Source: Psammoneis japonica
Taxonomy: Eukaryota
Direction of reading: 5' to 3'
Length of the DNA: 64,000 nt
NCBI GenBank assembly: GCA_008632985.1
Contig: QPGO01000027.1
Coordinates: 248,001-312,000, forward strand
Shown here: positions 61,680 to 64,000 of the stretch, one piece after another
Position numbering within the stretch: position 1 is the stretch's first letter
How the letters are laid out: every line of letters begins with the position of its first letter
The notes under the pieces: generated by a model
The model's database searches: none
The model's input: the letters and a program-made list of their open reading frames with translations, nothing else
Told to the model about the DNA's origin: nothing
Program-made: the position numbers and the translations under genes

Positions 61680-63300
61680 TCCGATGCTGAGATTTGTCCG
61701 AAACACCAAAAACTTGAGACACACTCAATTGGTTTGCCATCAATTTCAAAAGGAACAGACTCATCTGAGATCGTCAAACATTGACAATTCAAAAGGACCA
61801 TGCTCGTTGCTCTGACTGAGCAATGAAACTGGGATTGGAAGTGTTTCTCTGTCAAACAAATGACCAACATGCCACAACAAGGGCATTGAACAAATTGTGA
61901 AAGAGCTCCAGTCAAATGGAAATGATTCAATGGATGTCGGACGCACAGGTGACGGTGAAGGCCGCATGAGTCATGAAGTGCAAACAAGTTGGTCAAGGAA
62001 GCTGGACACTCAGGGACTGAGCAGACCACATGATCAGAGTTTAAACTGATTGTGTGGTGATTGAGCAAAAGTGGAAGGTCAGTTGCATGTGAGCACTTGC
62101 AAGGTGGGGGCAAAGTGCAATTGTCTTCAGTGCTCACATTTTTGTCAAGCACCAAATGATGGACATGGTGAGTGTGAGTGGGCAAGCGCTGATTGCTCAT
62201 TGCACCACAGCAATGAGGACACAGCACTTTTGCAAGCTTCTGAGCATGACAAGCAGGAGTGTCGTCGGAATCAAAATGGTGCTTGCATGCAATGTTTGAC
62301 ACAAAGTCAGGACAACGATGACCTGTGCTTGTCATTGCCTTTTTCTCAACAACATTCGGAAGCAATCCAACATGAGCAAACAAGCTCAGAAGTGCACCAA
62401 AATCTTCCTGCACACTGCCCCTGTCAAAACCAGCGATTCAACCATCATCGGCATGAAACTTGCCAACAGCAACTCATTGAATCTGATGATGCCATTGAAG
62501 GAGAACACAGTCAACAACAATGCTCAAAAACAAAGGAGAAAGGACATCTCCTTGCCAAACCCCTTGATCTGAGCCAACATGTGAACCGCGGTGCCCCATC
62601 TGTCGAAGCACAAGACAGGCATTGTCCCAGCTCCAGCAGAGAAATTGTCAAACATTTGGGCCAAAACCTCAGGCTTGCAAAATGACAAGCAAACGTTCGT
62701 GATCAACAGAGTCACACTCTTTTGTCAAGTCAAGAAATGTTTGGAAGTGTGGAATGGCATGGAAAGCTCAATGAAAGCCATGGATGTCAGGATGAAATCG
62801 AATCACTTGAACCGCTTGCAGACACACAATCATTCCCCACAGCTTGTGCGGAATCTCCAAAAGAGTGGCACCACAAAATTTGCCGTGTTGATTCTTGGGA
62901 ATGAGAGCCAGTGTTGCTTGTGAGTGGGCTGTCAGAATTTTGCACCCCAGAAACGAAATCTGAGCCAAACCAGTCATCAACTGTCGTGCATCAGGAGCTT
63001 TTTGTTCCCACTTGACGAGCAAATGCTTGACTTTCATTTTGGAAGGACCAGGGGCACAGCCCCTGCACAGACGATGCAAAGCCTCCCGAATTTTGTCTTC
63101 TTCCGGTGTCTCATTGGGGATGTCACAAGGAGTGATCTGTGGGACAAGAGGAAGAGCATCAGCAGGTTGCCATGAGTGCAATGTTTCACATTCATGACTG
63201 AGTCGTTGGAGATCTTCAAACAATGGTTTTGACTGGAGGTTGCTTCATTCATGACACCAACCAGATGTGGCTCGGCAAGCCTCATGAACTTGTCCATTCA
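61680..63300 (-). mobile_element. Non-LTR retrotransposon (LINE) reverse-transcriptase remnant
   Basis: APGPS, LALIPK, LLEIPHKL, IHGF, FHADDG (YADD at 62444-62455), IECVSSFWCFG, zinc-finger-like segments; stops and frameshifts. Confidence 0.85.
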
Positions 63301-63539
63301 CGAGATGACATTCAGCTTGCAAAGCTGTTCAAGCTGCATGTTCCTCGCGAGCCTTGCGAAGAGCAGCACGAATCTGGTGACCCAATGAGTGAAACCAAGA
63401 ACAACATTCCGCGTGACACAATCCCTGAGTGGGTCTCTCAATTTGAGTGTTGCCGCTGGTGAATCGTCAAGATGATGATGAAATTTGTGCTGATGCACAA
63501 GAGCAGAGCGACAATCAATCAATCTCCACGTTTCTCGCA

Positions 63540-63541
<2 letters not shown>

Positions 63542-63607
<66 letters not shown>

Positions 63608-63612
63608 GTGTG
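63542..63612. repeat. (GT)n microsatellite
   Basis: Directly visible. Confidence 0.98.
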
Positions 63613-64000
63613 CGTTGCCTGCCACATTGCCTGCACATGCGCAGAGCCATGCCACAGTGGGCTGGCATTGCAGCAGCAGAGCGGCACAGCCGCCACACTG
63701 GCGACATGGATGACCATCACATTTCATGTCTCACGCCATTTTTGGGGCTGCTGCGAGGTGCGCGGACACTCTTTTTTTCCAATTCATTGCCAAAACAGTG
63801 CATCACACAAACACACTCATTGTTCGACATGTTTTTTCCAATGTGATTGTTTTGTGCACAATTCATGACAAATTGTCTTTGTCGAGGAAAGCTGAGTGCA
63901 TTTTTCAACATGCCACGCTGGCAATCCCAGTTTTGCAGCATTTTCAAGCTCTCCTGAAAAACCGTTCCATGCACCCATCACAGGGAATTTGTCGATTTTT
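63606..64000 (+). repeat. Direct repeat of about 390 bp, copy 2 (runs off the window end)
   Basis: Aligns with 56808-57200. Confidence 0.9.

Noticed and set aside
1..64000. tRNA, rRNA or telomeric repeats
   Set aside because: None recognised by eye; a covariance-model scan would be needed to exclude small RNAs

Overview
Eukaryotic DNA, most likely from a pennate diatom (short GT-AG introns, diatom-type secreted and plastid-targeted proteins; taxon is inferred). Ordinary host genes (two class-3 lipases, a GMC-oxidoreductase/ABCG fusion, START, EEP, SDR, sulfatase, PP1, an IF2_N-like protein) alternate with mobile-element blocks: a PIF/Harbinger element with TAA target duplication (11326-16680); an abutting 2.5-kb element with 126-bp TIRs and no recognisable transposase (16681-19183); a degenerate retroelement-like tract (31.6-39.3 kb); a tyrosine-recombinase (Crypton-like) gene followed by CHAP, psq-HTH and VapD/Cas2-like genes (46.7-52.7 kb); and a degenerate Exo1/SWIM, Ulp1-like and LINE cluster (53-64 kb). 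Two signals stand out. First, the older repeats show context-specific loss of TpA (TAY/RTA removed, YTAR spared) that converts catalytic Tyr to His/Cys, suggesting a RIP-like repeat-directed mutation system. Second, the tyrosine-recombinase locus is followed by bacterial-type cargo. Several host genes carry single-base frameshifts that may be assembly errors. All family assignments are by eye from motifs; no searches were run.
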